A stretch of 64,000 nucleotides of DNA from a virus (Duplodnaviria > Caudoviricetes), in the IMG/VR virus record IMGVR_UViG_645044602_000001, positions 1 through 64,000 of that record; one strand, 5' to 3'. Under the pieces are notes generated by a model, which searched no databases, was not told the DNA's origin, and saw nothing but the letters and a program-made list of their open reading frames with translations. This document shows, one piece after another, positions 47,301 through 54,996 of the stretch. Position 1 is the first letter of the stretch. Every line of letters begins with the position of its first letter. The position numbers and the translations under genes were made by a program.

Positions 47301-49694
47301 ACGTTTCCCATCTGGAGATGTGTAACCATCAGCAAGAGACTCATTCAGAGCCTGCACCTTGTTCACCATGTGCTGTGCAAAGTTCTGCATGTCTTTCATG
47401 ACATCAGTGACAGACTGGACTCGTCCTTGTTGGTTGATGACGGTCCCTTCAGGGGACTGGATACCAGTGAAAATCTCTCGGACAAAATCGTTGATTGACC
47501 GCAGTTTCTTACCACCCTCAGATACCATGCCATCAGCATAGATCTGACGGGAAACATCGGTGATGGTTTTCTCCTTCCCAGCCGGTCGGCCAGAAGCAGT
47601 AAGATTGACGTTTTCTGTTCGAGAAATTTGAACCTTGGCTTCCACATTCCGGTTCACAATACGAGCCAGTTTCGAAGCAGCTTTCATCAGCTTCGTATCT
47701 TCAGGTGAAATCTGTTCACCTGATTGCTCAAGAATGAGATCAGTAGCGTCAGGATTTACAGCCGTAGGATTGACCTTCGCAACATTACGAACAGTCTGGA
47801 TATCCGTAGGAGCACCTTCTTTGTTCAGATCCAGAGTTGTAGCTTTGGTCACTACATTCTGAACCATCTTCGAAGACAGCACCTTTCCAAATTCCTTTTG
47901 AGCCTCTTTAGGCAGACTTGTAATCATACCCTGAAGTTTCTGAAACTGAGCAGCAGCATACGCAATGTCTGCATCAGTAGCTTTGAACCCTTTCGATCCC
48001 ATCTTGGCAACGATACCAGTTACGTTGTCAAAGACGTTGCGTGAACCACCAGCAACATCTGCCAGACCTTCAGATGGGACTTCCACATCAGGAGTATCGA
48101 AAGCAATTTGAATGTTATCACGCAGTTGCCCTTTGGCAGCCACATCACGAAGAGATTCCGAAGCATTCACAGTGGCTTGTACAGACTCCACCACTTCCTT
48201 GTCAGTTGGACGATTTGTGTATTCCACAATCTCTTGTCCCACTCGACCAGCAAGATTGGCAGCTTGAGTCGCACCAGCAGATACAGCAGTTGCAGCGGCT
48301 TCACGAACAGGACGAGTTACATCGGCTACAGTCTGAGCAGCACGAGAAGCCACAGAACCACCCATGATATCCTGACGCAGAGAATCGTTATAGGTTGTCT
48401 CTGAGAACAGAGCATTAGCAGCCTCAACCGCAGTCTGGGCTGAACCACGCACAGAAGCAGGAGTAGCCATCACACCAGCCACACCCATACCTGCAATGGC
48501 ACCCAAAGCAGCTTCTTCGCCCACTCCTTCAAGAGCACCACGACCAATTTGAGCATACTCTTCAACCGACATATTTCGATTGATGGTTCCAGATGCACCT
48601 TGGCCAGCTTCTTCGATACCTTCACCAGCAATCGACAGAAGACCTTTGGTCACGCCAACTCCACGGAAACTTCCGATAGGCATCGCTTCAAAGCGAGATG
48701 TGATGAAACCAAGAGCAAGAGAAGGTGCAATCTGACGAATAGCAGCAGTTTCAGCAGCCATGCCAGCAAGCTGAAGACGAGCATTCTCAGGAGTGAACCC
48801 TTCACTCAAAAGCTCATTGTAGAGGCTGGAAGTTACACCCAGACGTTCCAGAGGAATCGACATCACGTCATTGACGGTCTCAGCATAGACACCAGCAACT
48901 TCCGTAGTCGCTGCACCAGCAGAAATACCAGCAGCCTGTGCTGCACGTTGAGCCACAGTATTACGGACCAGAGCAGTCGTAGCACCTTTGGCAATAAGAC
49001 CACCTGCACCAGCCAGAGGCACTGACAGAGCCAGATCACCAATACCTTCAGAGATGATCTGTCCAGTCACATCAGGACTGTTCCATGCTCGTTCAGCAGA
49101 CTCGACAGCGTTACGTCCTTCACGACGAAGACCAGCCATAAAAGGATCAGCACCTTCTTGAACTTCACGTTCATAGACGGCTTGATTATCCATCTTGTCC
49201 AGTTCACCTTCAATCTGGAACAGACGAGTACGATCTTGAAGCTGAGTAGTCAGGTTGTTTTGAAGAAAACCTTCCACATTCCGATTATGCTCACTCAGGA
49301 TATCAGCAGTGGCTTGCTCACGAGGAATAGCCCCATCAGTCATCCAATCGACCATGTAACCAGCACCAATACCAGCAAGGTTGCCAAAGGTACGATAAGC
49401 AGCACCAGCCGCTCCTGTAGCACTGTCAGAAATAATCTCACCAGTTGAGCGTTCACCACGATCAATACGGTCAATCCGAGCACTTCCTTCACCCATCCGC
49501 ATGGCAGCACGATATGCAGGATCACCGTACTTTGCACGGATCTCCACATCATTCATATTGGCCATATCTTGGATGAGTTCGTCACTGAAACCAGTGTTTC
49601 GAGTCCGAGCGACAGCAGCGGTATCCTGAAAGTTAGGATCACGGAGACGGGCAGCAATCATTTCAGATGCAAGGAGTTCGTCGCGTTCAGACAT
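38337..49694 (-). CDS. Virion-encapsidated RNA polymerase (N4 gp50-like), 3785 aa, with extra inserted domains
   Basis: TKVGRHQM, FELDGLTNG (motif A), RNTAKNPMTKVNYGSG (motif B) and PVFDG (motif C); giant size; no Cys seen by eye. Confidence 0.97.
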   Translation of the reverse strand: MSERDELLASEMIAARLRDPNFQDTAAVARTRNTGFSDELIQDMANMNDVEIRAKYGDPAYRAAMRMGEGSARIDRIDRGERSTGEIISDSATGAAGAAYRTFGNLAGIGAGYMVDWMTDGAIPREQATADILSEHNRNVEGFLQNNLTTQLQDRTRLFQIEGELDKMDNQAVYEREVQEGADPFMAGLRREGRNAVESAERAWNSPDVTGQIISEGIGDLALSVPLAGAGGLIAKGATTALVRNTVAQRAAQAAGISAGAATTEVAGVYAETVNDVMSIPLERLGVTSSLYNELLSEGFTPENARLQLAGMAAETAAIRQIAPSLALGFITSRFEAMPIGSFRGVGVTKGLLSIAGEGIEEAGQGASGTINRNMSVEEYAQIGRGALEGVGEEAALGAIAGMGVAGVMATPASVRGSAQTAVEAANALFSETTYNDSLRQDIMGGSVASRAAQTVADVTRPVREAAATAVSAGATQAANLAGRVGQEIVEYTNRPTDKEVVESVQATVNASESLRDVAAKGQLRDNIQIAFDTPDVEVPSEGLADVAGGSRNVFDNVTGIVAKMGSKGFKATDADIAYAAAQFQKLQGMITSLPKEAQKEFGKVLSSKMVQNVVTKATTLDLNKEGAPTDIQTVRNVAKVNPTAVNPDATDLILEQSGEQISPEDTKLMKAASKLARIVNRNVEAKVQISRTENVNLTASGRPAGKEKTITDVSRQIYADGMVSEGGKKLRSINDFVREIFTGIQSPEGTVINQQGRVQSVTDVMKDMQNFAQHMVNKVQALNESLADGYTSPDGKRGGRLKNFDSPIRGVRREGVRYSPSNPNSVAFAQQVAEDQNAVVDAFNTLREEFPEVFGSFPKMEKVVLAKPDTQPTGIEEEVSPETSDEQNQQTNQETQTPTADDEVSSETEEQNQTTEEDLNISTDTGFITDEQDNVMVFYHGTGGVEFDQFADSRDGIFLTTRKGQGREYAIGKSNPRLMSVNVRATNPLLVETDDPQNQWLTKRGQLEMDYKAGNHDAIILSDGTDAIVIVFNGDQIAIVNQNIDARPTVVEEVSAPAETDETKTNESMVYWNGIGLFLSIFDTIKEGGFIVREVSPNAGMFEFGYVTASGKRIAGTFEYNEYENFIDNFVVTSEKGPNNVGMKQMRFLAGKILKEFPNAVGVAGFRQSGARASDQSEGVEIIFDLVDGRLILRNTKSDTSPTAVEEESNSERGTDEERAQATSETETNEEIVSDEPIPSGTKWDDIVAQMTEAEKARMRETVRERLGNARSFIKATMPTMNKYVKQIRIVPIRVAGLGHAFFADQTIHIREDGFNPDGTLNALGKAILVHETGHLVDNHANPVGRPYSSARMFYKSGKIYNEMNALRGKMSGFFNNRLEYAFTRNTPEKIASELFAVATEMAFSTEEFSGDLGNTAAFMEEVYGDLIRTETTGTTTEVSSEETQSSDGERNSGGSQGADTASVSGSSRKVTALFNKSFVPRNGDPVITSLDDLMQKFGSEFKMNREYLTIMNEILPDFVQRMNARLKMRVKDGQITKTIAQHIKDGRVEFRKFKAGALMNPETEQYDPDMLNLAVLAVMDFISTAAASDPRKLDDTLEKMGLNKLDLTEEGMNKILFGIPPSQLSDTIADDLKRLWHIKENEEASVDDLEGVTHGFAKEILTVLAEMDIIDIDTVKLTSEANQQDAATILVNTEKMSDYQKRIAGAKGEGISNTVRETIFNESRESYSIGSKIPTVSVRKGRGTGIMSALERMAVRRMQDIPHRLQMGRARLLEAIGEDNLATMLGYRDPASVTHPVLKRSVLGKNASVRRDLIEVTDLINGMMEQQASEVFFPVGVTKVGRHQMQGPNPQNNKLMRYVVAPQRSVLSTTDADDIQALWLGVLQQADMYKAEKKDREDDFRAAQEAFADKYGPAVQMVKNLMTTGEFDSDAFLTEVGQVEPAVLAAIEAIAGFELAVANGEATFETALSFELDGLTNGAANMMINFGHGLMTPEDWGNFKRVGYFLGTTAMTVNKFFKNKEKDLYEMVSQLGDQMMTGDLKFLKPWQQEQRKAAGRLASAFGNFEMLPNGDFKMTRNTAKNPMTKVNYGSGVQGVAIGVADDMLLEFYEKLQTIPENADWDTYYYPGVVKDMETLGLKLPNSFDKNFVFSNDQVEAFRKAIQFTVGKVLTNATRQVLGHRIEQLNDMLVLSTNIQSEYLQKLFDREINALAEKLAREGVIKRNKKGEPNKGEIPRKYFKELEDRLSQMGAIFVSDEQTLAVGGFDKKLTDLRLSSNFDEKLVTPARMRRPDDVGVRALPFAVIGTGDAMMMNLIFGADNAPNDVLPVFDGIDVPVSKIKQYAPQINEAVLKSWDRDVLGMAVQNFEGFMSNNLEADILNDVWAELMTDNKKESLQFFQGPEDLQAEMTKRLKENRARKKVFRQMAVSVDQMGGSDVGFTRDGESWTLSEVNHRIEKEINNDTKPKDVKKPVEFTIAKALLDNMRNLTPDQKKAVEILKPLMGDVRVIFGTLDQLNEYRQQNFPDDGAVLKAPSNYDFKNNVMFMSIDTNEAVLHEMVHAATYGAVLQHYQGVKNDAVARLEILMGEFMDIQSDGKAMNEAQAAIARRMARNDPINQAAAVNEFMAYVLTNSRVRSTAKQVSVIADFGSKVIALLRRMLGGMPTSLYDHVVFNTRVLNEPNVDDGGNGNTPPPDEPGDETSDPFENHSDYWIENLKAYMRSFVTDTSAKQKTGRDIYNAEKVINDLRQGGLLANSKDRSTFKAIYGIMLSNMKLDATARIALTRVFQHIVENMTPEMFGSNPEDRQTYSAVLNSFGSIENEGTSDAAAVLFALSQTSKKFRAVLEQIPAPEAQAAVEGSLVDFMTRAASFSMKKLMGSLNENNAPQEVLDAVAQVIIDHDKEKEFRLLKRVTESLTAADNMVSGALSSTSDWMLRKDQEIQAQSRGKVIPFLMSSVTLATNLLDKKNTDLTAQGAKKITHMGLPILSIVPIREMVSEIVGTDKQNSVVVDLLNKVNAAVSGMRQAYREDLPGILEREFVIPPTKEQWKAMFNTLAKTDFSVLVDLDNMRQTMKFLEESATRRNEIQRLEQDLAQSLSGSAMADVIAKSKQLADFMNGQAVGKLLVRNAYAIVNNLDGEGTPDMVSKIDRLVSVYAIDRMDAQTREEVVQLWQTDPNGVTSIVAYIQSLNEAEEAKPGITEQARLNGYKGYIPNEGRKNTQIVVDLDSNKDARERMGYVKLDIPYQGETDSIYPRSYYVSTVRRQGAYSQGVIQNVAMTYRGVDTNTGMTVGNSVAGLITGDSSVDRIVQDQLNPNTVLENEQEALMPVFAGDGSVLGFERSISNEIQELHLGREENLAVMLGAWAGRQVEESLADQYNKQLVDELHKIWENRENGSDAEFEDMKRSTDKIYQESWKLIPQSTKSYIESKFDGAFMVPRSMVNLAVGYREPSITDMWSGKSRMPKPMRAVVVGATEAFMGRKAMRMLAAGEEALQGTVSTAKDIIVVRSLVVPVANIQANAMQLANAGVPLKQITKGYRSKLAEAEEFIHNRTKIIDLQQKRIIARNDNQRQIIDDRIQVLEDLNKQMSIAPMIAAGQFKQLSEGITDLDVDISSGRIGDYIEKLSEKLPERAADIAKVGLVSKSTKLYQVLNRATQYGDFIAKSIYYDHLISQGLSAEVASAMVNEEFVNFSVLPGRVRSGLESNGLTWFMAFKIRILKIAAKQMRDNPVRSLALNAMTDMNSPISDNILAVMAAGNLDYATGYEMLFDAPELNPWINLMNGGQ

Positions 49695-49741
49695 TATGAC
49701 ACCTCGGAAGGATTTGTGAGTACATCCTTAGTGTCATAATG
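49692..49741 (-). promoter_or_regulatory. Hairpin sequestering the vRNAP start codon and part of the RBS
   Basis: CATTATGACAC/GTGTCATAATG 11-bp perfect stem plus AAGGAT/ATCCTT inner stem. Confidence 0.65.
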
Positions 49742-49761
49742 CCTGTTGACGATCAAGAGGT

Positions 49762-51780
49762 TTAGCGACCCTCAGTCGTACTTTGACGAGAAAGATCAGA
49801 CGCAGCCTGTTCCAGTTGTTGTAGGCGAGTCAGAAGCTGTTCCCGTTGACGTTCATCATTAGGATCATTTGGATTCAGCTTATTCAGACGAGACAGGATC
49901 TGACGCTGTTGACCAGCATTCTGTTCAAGCTGTGATTCAATAATACTCAGATCCGCCTGACCACGATCAAACTCTCGACGACGTTCAGGAGTAAGTTGTT
50001 GGATGGTTTGGGCAATGATGTCCTGATTAAAGCGATTTTCAATCGTATTTCGAGTCAAGTCAACATTCCACCACCGACCATTATCACCCGGATCTCGAAT
50101 GAAGGCATCACGCATTGCCACTGCCATCACAGCAGGTTCGACATTATACTGATCAGCCAATGTGTTGATGTAGTTTCGAAGAGTATTCGAATCATAATCA
50201 CCACGACTTTCAGGATCAGTCGGAAGACCCAGATCTGTTTCCAGATTGGTAGTTGGGTCTTCAGCATACCGACCAATATCGTTCAGAGCACGATACTGAT
50301 CTTGACCACGGAATTGACGATTAGCATCAGCCACAGTATTTGCAGCAGCCGCTTCAATGGCTCCTGTAATTCCTGCATCCAATGCACCACCAGTCAGATC
50401 TGAAGTAAGACCTTCAGATTGACCAATCATTTCAGCACCACGACGTGCAGCAGCAAGAGCTTCAGCTTGGCTGAATTCACCAGTTTCGATGAGCATTTCA
50501 CGAATCAGGTTTTCAGCTTCTGCACCACTGATTGCATCAGGTGAGTTCACAACGCTTTCAGTGATACCTGCCAGCATGTCATTCTGAAGCTGAGTACGTT
50601 CACCAGCAATGAGTTCATCACCACGAGTACCTGCATCCCGAAGAGGAGCAACTCGACCCAGAACCTCATCAGGACGGAACAGACCTGAAGCTGCCATTTG
50701 AGAAGCCCAAGCATCACCACCAAAACCTGTTTGTGTGGTTTGGCGTGGACCACCTTGTGGTGCTTGTGCTGGACCTTGAGGTGCTGAACCAGAAGCAGCA
50801 GCAAGAATGGTATCTCGATTCACTGGAGGCATAGAACGGATTTCATCAATCATGACATCCAGTTCTGCATCAGAGACGTTCTTGAAACCTTCCCATTCAG
50901 CACGAAGACCAGCACGTTGAGCGTCCCGAGTCCGAGGACCAAGGACACGCTGTTGAGCCAGATACAGACCAAGTTGTTCCTGTACAGCCGGAGAGAATGG
51001 TACATCATCAGGAAGGCCCAGATCTTCTTGAAGACCACGAAGAGTAGAACCAACAATCTGAAACTTACCCATTGGTGTAGCAACTCGACCAATCTCAGAA
51101 TTCACAGACTGACCATATTCACCACTTGGAGAAGCAAAGCGACCAGCTTCACCAATAGTCATAGATGAGACTCGTACACCATTCTGTCGGTTACGATGAC
51201 CAAAAAGAGTATCATATTGGTCAGCACCACCACCACTTTCAGTGCGGTCAATGTGAGCAGAGAACGCAGTGCCTCCAGTAAGAGCACCTCGTTCAGCATC
51301 CAAAAATCCACCAGCATTGTTACGAAGCCAAGCATCTTGAGCTTGTCCATGACCCCATTTAGTAGCCACACGAGCTTCACCAGCATTTGCCCGAGAGTTT
51401 GCATCATTGCCCCAACCAATTGAAGCAACAGTACGATCAGCATTTGCATTGGTACTCCGAGTACCTGCACGAGTGCTGTCAAAACCAACAACATCACCCT
51501 GACGACCCATCAGGCTTTGAAGCATGGCATCAGAAACTGGACGACCAGCAAGACCACCATTGGCAAAGTAAGCGTCGATCTCTTCCTGCGTATCCAGAGC
51601 AGCAAGTTCGTTTGCAACTTCAGCATCAGCTTTTCGAGTTGGACCTTCAGCGTATTGGCCAAGAATACCTTGAGCCGCTTCAGCAGCATCATTGATACCG
51701 CCACGAGCTTCTGCCAGTAGACCAGACACATTGGGAGTAGCAACTGATAGTTGCCGCCATGCAAGACGAGGATCAGCCAT
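49762..51780 (-). CDS. Internal virion/ejection protein (N4 gp51-like) with lysozyme-like domain
   Basis: Position; I...ESGG....Y.TL.G and TPMGKFQIV..TL, F....QE.L; no Cys seen. Confidence 0.8.
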   Translation of the reverse strand: MADPRLAWRQLSVATPNVSGLLAEARGGINDAAEAAQGILGQYAEGPTRKADAEVANELAALDTQEEIDAYFANGGLAGRPVSDAMLQSLMGRQGDVVGFDSTRAGTRSTNANADRTVASIGWGNDANSRANAGEARVATKWGHGQAQDAWLRNNAGGFLDAERGALTGGTAFSAHIDRTESGGGADQYDTLFGHRNRQNGVRVSSMTIGEAGRFASPSGEYGQSVNSEIGRVATPMGKFQIVGSTLRGLQEDLGLPDDVPFSPAVQEQLGLYLAQQRVLGPRTRDAQRAGLRAEWEGFKNVSDAELDVMIDEIRSMPPVNRDTILAAASGSAPQGPAQAPQGGPRQTTQTGFGGDAWASQMAASGLFRPDEVLGRVAPLRDAGTRGDELIAGERTQLQNDMLAGITESVVNSPDAISGAEAENLIREMLIETGEFSQAEALAAARRGAEMIGQSEGLTSDLTGGALDAGITGAIEAAAANTVADANRQFRGQDQYRALNDIGRYAEDPTTNLETDLGLPTDPESRGDYDSNTLRNYINTLADQYNVEPAVMAVAMRDAFIRDPGDNGRWWNVDLTRNTIENRFNQDIIAQTIQQLTPERRREFDRGQADLSIIESQLEQNAGQQRQILSRLNKLNPNDPNDERQREQLLTRLQQLEQAASDLSRQSTTEGR

Positions 51781-51794
51781 ATCAGGTTACTCCC

Positions 51795-52253
51795 TCAGAG
51801 TGAGTGTTCAGAAAGGTAAGCATCAGTTTCACCTGAGCCTTTGCCTTCAGTAAAGTGACGAGATCGAATTCGATCTTCGAGAGCGGTATTGTAGGTTTGG
51901 GTTTGGTTGGCAAGGTTGGTATCCCATTGCTCACGAGCAAAGGACATTTGTTCTTTGGCCATCTTGTGAGCTTGATAAATATACCACAGGTTTCCAAGAA
52001 CCTGCACACCACCCAGAACCAAACCAGCCCCACCATCCTTTGACCAGAAGCCCGGACCACTACCCTGTTGAGCACCAACACCAGTTGTACCCGGAACAGT
52101 GGGTGATTGAACAGTGACACTTGAGACACCAGTCCCAGTTCCACCAGTCGGAGTTCCAATCGAATAATCAAGCGCACCACTTCCCATGGCACTCATTTGA
52201 GAGCCGTTTACGGTGGCATCGCCAAGCGTATTTCCCCAAGATAGTGCTGTCAT
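51795..52253 (-). CDS. Small ejection/structural protein (N4 gp52-like)
   Basis: Gly-rich with a hydrophobic segment; YNTALEDRIRSR. Confidence 0.8.
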   Translation of the reverse strand: MTALSWGNTLGDATVNGSQMSAMGSGALDYSIGTPTGGTGTGVSSVTVQSPTVPGTTGVGAQQGSGPGFWSKDGGAGLVLGGVQVLGNLWYIYQAHKMAKEQMSFAREQWDTNLANQTQTYNTALEDRIRSRHFTEGKGSGETDAYLSEHSL

Positions 52254-52255
52254 GT

Positions 52256-54994
52256 TTAGTTCCTCGGCAATGTTTTGGCTACATCCACATAGTCGTATAC
52301 CATTGAATGGGTCAATTCCACAATGTCACTTCCAGTCATTGTGGTCCTGCGGATGTACTCGTCAGCAGTTTCAGGCATATAGCCTCTACTGCCACCTCGT
52401 GCATTGCCTCGTCCCCATTCTGTAAGGAAAAGCGGATTGAAATTCAAATCGTTTCCGCCCAACCCATCAATAAGATCCTGAATATACTTCATACGCTCTT
52501 CGTAAGCGTTGCCGTCTTCTTCAAGATCTCCCTTCATTTCATTGATATCGCCTTGCACCCAGCCAGCATAACCATTGGCAAGAGCATTACCCAGACCCAA
52601 AAGACCTTCAGCACTGAAGATCTTGACCCCAGACATAGCTGCACCAAAAGCAAAACCTGCAATAGCAGCAAACAAAGCACCCCACTTTTCACCAAAGAGA
52701 GCCGTACCAACAACCTTCAGAATCTCTGAGATAATGATGGATGCGATATAGTTAGCCACCACTCCAGCAACCAAGGCAGCCGTACCTGTTAAACCTAGTG
52801 CAGCCCCTACTGCTAGGTATTGACCAAGAACACCACCACCTGCTGCAAAAGCACCGGGAAAGATAATGACTGCAATCACAATAACCAGAGTGACCAGCAG
52901 GATTTTGAAAATACCCCTTTGATACCAACGTTGTTTGGTGACAGTGTAGCTGTTGAAAAGAATGTGAGCATTGGCTGTCGCCATCTGTGTATAATCCACG
53001 ATGTTCATTTCAGACATCGTTGGGTAATGCAGAGGAATCAGAAAACCCGACTCTTCATTATCTGCCAGAGCTTCGGATGACGTGATCTTTACGGCTTTAC
53101 CACCATAGATGTAATTTTTAGAAACCAATCCCCAAACCGTTATACGACGATAGGAATTGGCTGATACCTGCCAATAGATGTACATCGACGGAATTGAGTT
53201 ACTCACCATGTTGGCAAACTGTTCCCCATCATAGATGTTGAACCCTTCACGAACACTCCAAGAAAAACTTGGACCATTCGCAAGCATCACATCATCTACT
53301 TTAGGAGCCTGAGTTCCAGCAGTATTAGGGTCAGTATCGTAAGTCCCAGCAAATTGCTCGATCTCGATATGGACCCAAGACACTCTATAATCAAAACCAA
53401 AGGTACTATCCCTCAGACGAATTGTATTCGTAGGAGGAGGAGAAATCGTTGGTAGTTCAGGACGGGGCGGAATGGTCTGCCACGTATAGACATTCTGCTG
53501 TTCCCAATTTGTGTTCTCCCAATCTTCAAGTTTCTGAAGAGCCGCATTGTAGGCAGCCACTTCAGCTTGAAAATTGGTCATCACATTTCCAGAACCACCA
53601 CTCTGAAATGGAATCATCTTCTCCAAGAAATTGAAGATATACTTCTTACAGGCATTCTCTTTCACATTGAGAGAAGCTCCAAAACATAGATAGGCATAGT
53701 CGATGTCATTAATTGAAGGATTCTCTTCAACTGAGGTAATCAGATTGTCGAAGTTCTTGCCTTGGTATGCTCGACGATATGCCTTCTTTGTAGCGTTGTA
53801 CGCATCTTCATACTGTGGTTCCGTGATCGAAACGTTGTTGATCCGGATAGGCATGAAGGGAAAAAACTCTTGGAAACCAGAAGCATCAGCTTCTGAAACC
53901 AAGGCATCAAGAACAGCATTTCCAGTCCCCACCTCATAGATGAAGATCTGTTCAGGACCATACTGCTCACCATAGAAAAGATCCTGTGTGTCGTATCGTG
54001 TCGTCCACGACGACAGGACTCTTTCTCCTGTGGTGGTTGCTGTTTCAGTTCGAATGACACCTCCACCCAGATCAGTCTGAGTCACCACGACATTCACATA
54101 GTCATTGGCAATCGTATCAGTTCCAGTCAGATTCCAAATCTGCCTTTCACCCTGAAGGGTAATTCCATTTTGTTGGACAATCACTTCACGAGACCAGACT
54201 TCTTGGGCTGTACTCAATTGCCCAGCAACATCTGCATCTACAGCATTTTCAATTGTTTGATCTGGATCACCATTGTTATAGCGCCACACCGTAGTACGAG
54301 TACGTTGCAGAGTAACTGGGGTAAATGTCCCAGTGTTGGAATCTTGAGTGAAACTAGTGAGATCAGGAATTACCAGAACATTCGTTGTCGGAGTTCCTTC
54401 CACCACAGCAGATTCAGAATTGTCCAGATACTCAATGTATTTGGCAATGACATACCTTTTGGTAGACGAAAAAACAGGACCAAATGTCCCGTCATTGAGC
54501 CAAGAAAAGAAATCGTTATTGGGGAATTCCACCGAGAATGTATTCGTCACAGGATCATATTCACCCAACCAGCTTTCACTATTGCGAATTGGATGGTTCA
54601 TCAGAACCCATTTCTCAATCCAAGGCTGAAAGTCTCCATCAGAAATTTCTGAACTGAAGACAGTCAGATTGAGTCCAGCAGGTGCTGGAGGAACTGGAGA
54701 AGGAGGAATCTGTCCACCAACAACCAAAGCATCCAAAGAGACGTTGTTGACAATGGATGTAGTGACCATTCCCGGAATATTGTTTCGATCAGCATACCGA
54801 AAAAACTGACGTTGTTTCATCCCCGGTCCCTCAAAGAGAGACGTGCGAATATCGTCAGCTAGGCTCGGGTTATTGGAAATAACCGAACCAAACAAAGTAC
54901 CTTTGATGAAGTCTGGACGATCATTTTCGTCTCCAGCCATGTTATACAATGTGCTGGAGACGTTGATGATCTTCTTAGATGAGAAGAGGCCCAT
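52256..54994 (-). CDS. Virion structural protein (N4 gp53-like)
   Basis: MGLFSSKKII.VSS..YNMAGD start; KQRWYQ.G.FK followed by long hydrophobic helices. Confidence 0.85.
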   Translation of the reverse strand: MGLFSSKKIINVSSTLYNMAGDENDRPDFIKGTLFGSVISNNPSLADDIRTSLFEGPGMKQRQFFRYADRNNIPGMVTTSIVNNVSLDALVVGGQIPPSPVPPAPAGLNLTVFSSEISDGDFQPWIEKWVLMNHPIRNSESWLGEYDPVTNTFSVEFPNNDFFSWLNDGTFGPVFSSTKRYVIAKYIEYLDNSESAVVEGTPTTNVLVIPDLTSFTQDSNTGTFTPVTLQRTRTTVWRYNNGDPDQTIENAVDADVAGQLSTAQEVWSREVIVQQNGITLQGERQIWNLTGTDTIANDYVNVVVTQTDLGGGVIRTETATTTGERVLSSWTTRYDTQDLFYGEQYGPEQIFIYEVGTGNAVLDALVSEADASGFQEFFPFMPIRINNVSITEPQYEDAYNATKKAYRRAYQGKNFDNLITSVEENPSINDIDYAYLCFGASLNVKENACKKYIFNFLEKMIPFQSGGSGNVMTNFQAEVAAYNAALQKLEDWENTNWEQQNVYTWQTIPPRPELPTISPPPTNTIRLRDSTFGFDYRVSWVHIEIEQFAGTYDTDPNTAGTQAPKVDDVMLANGPSFSWSVREGFNIYDGEQFANMVSNSIPSMYIYWQVSANSYRRITVWGLVSKNYIYGGKAVKITSSEALADNEESGFLIPLHYPTMSEMNIVDYTQMATANAHILFNSYTVTKQRWYQRGIFKILLVTLVIVIAVIIFPGAFAAGGGVLGQYLAVGAALGLTGTAALVAGVVANYIASIIISEILKVVGTALFGEKWGALFAAIAGFAFGAAMSGVKIFSAEGLLGLGNALANGYAGWVQGDINEMKGDLEEDGNAYEERMKYIQDLIDGLGGNDLNFNPLFLTEWGRGNARGGSRGYMPETADEYIRRTTMTGSDIVELTHSMVYDYVDVAKTLPRN

Positions 54995-54996
54995 AC

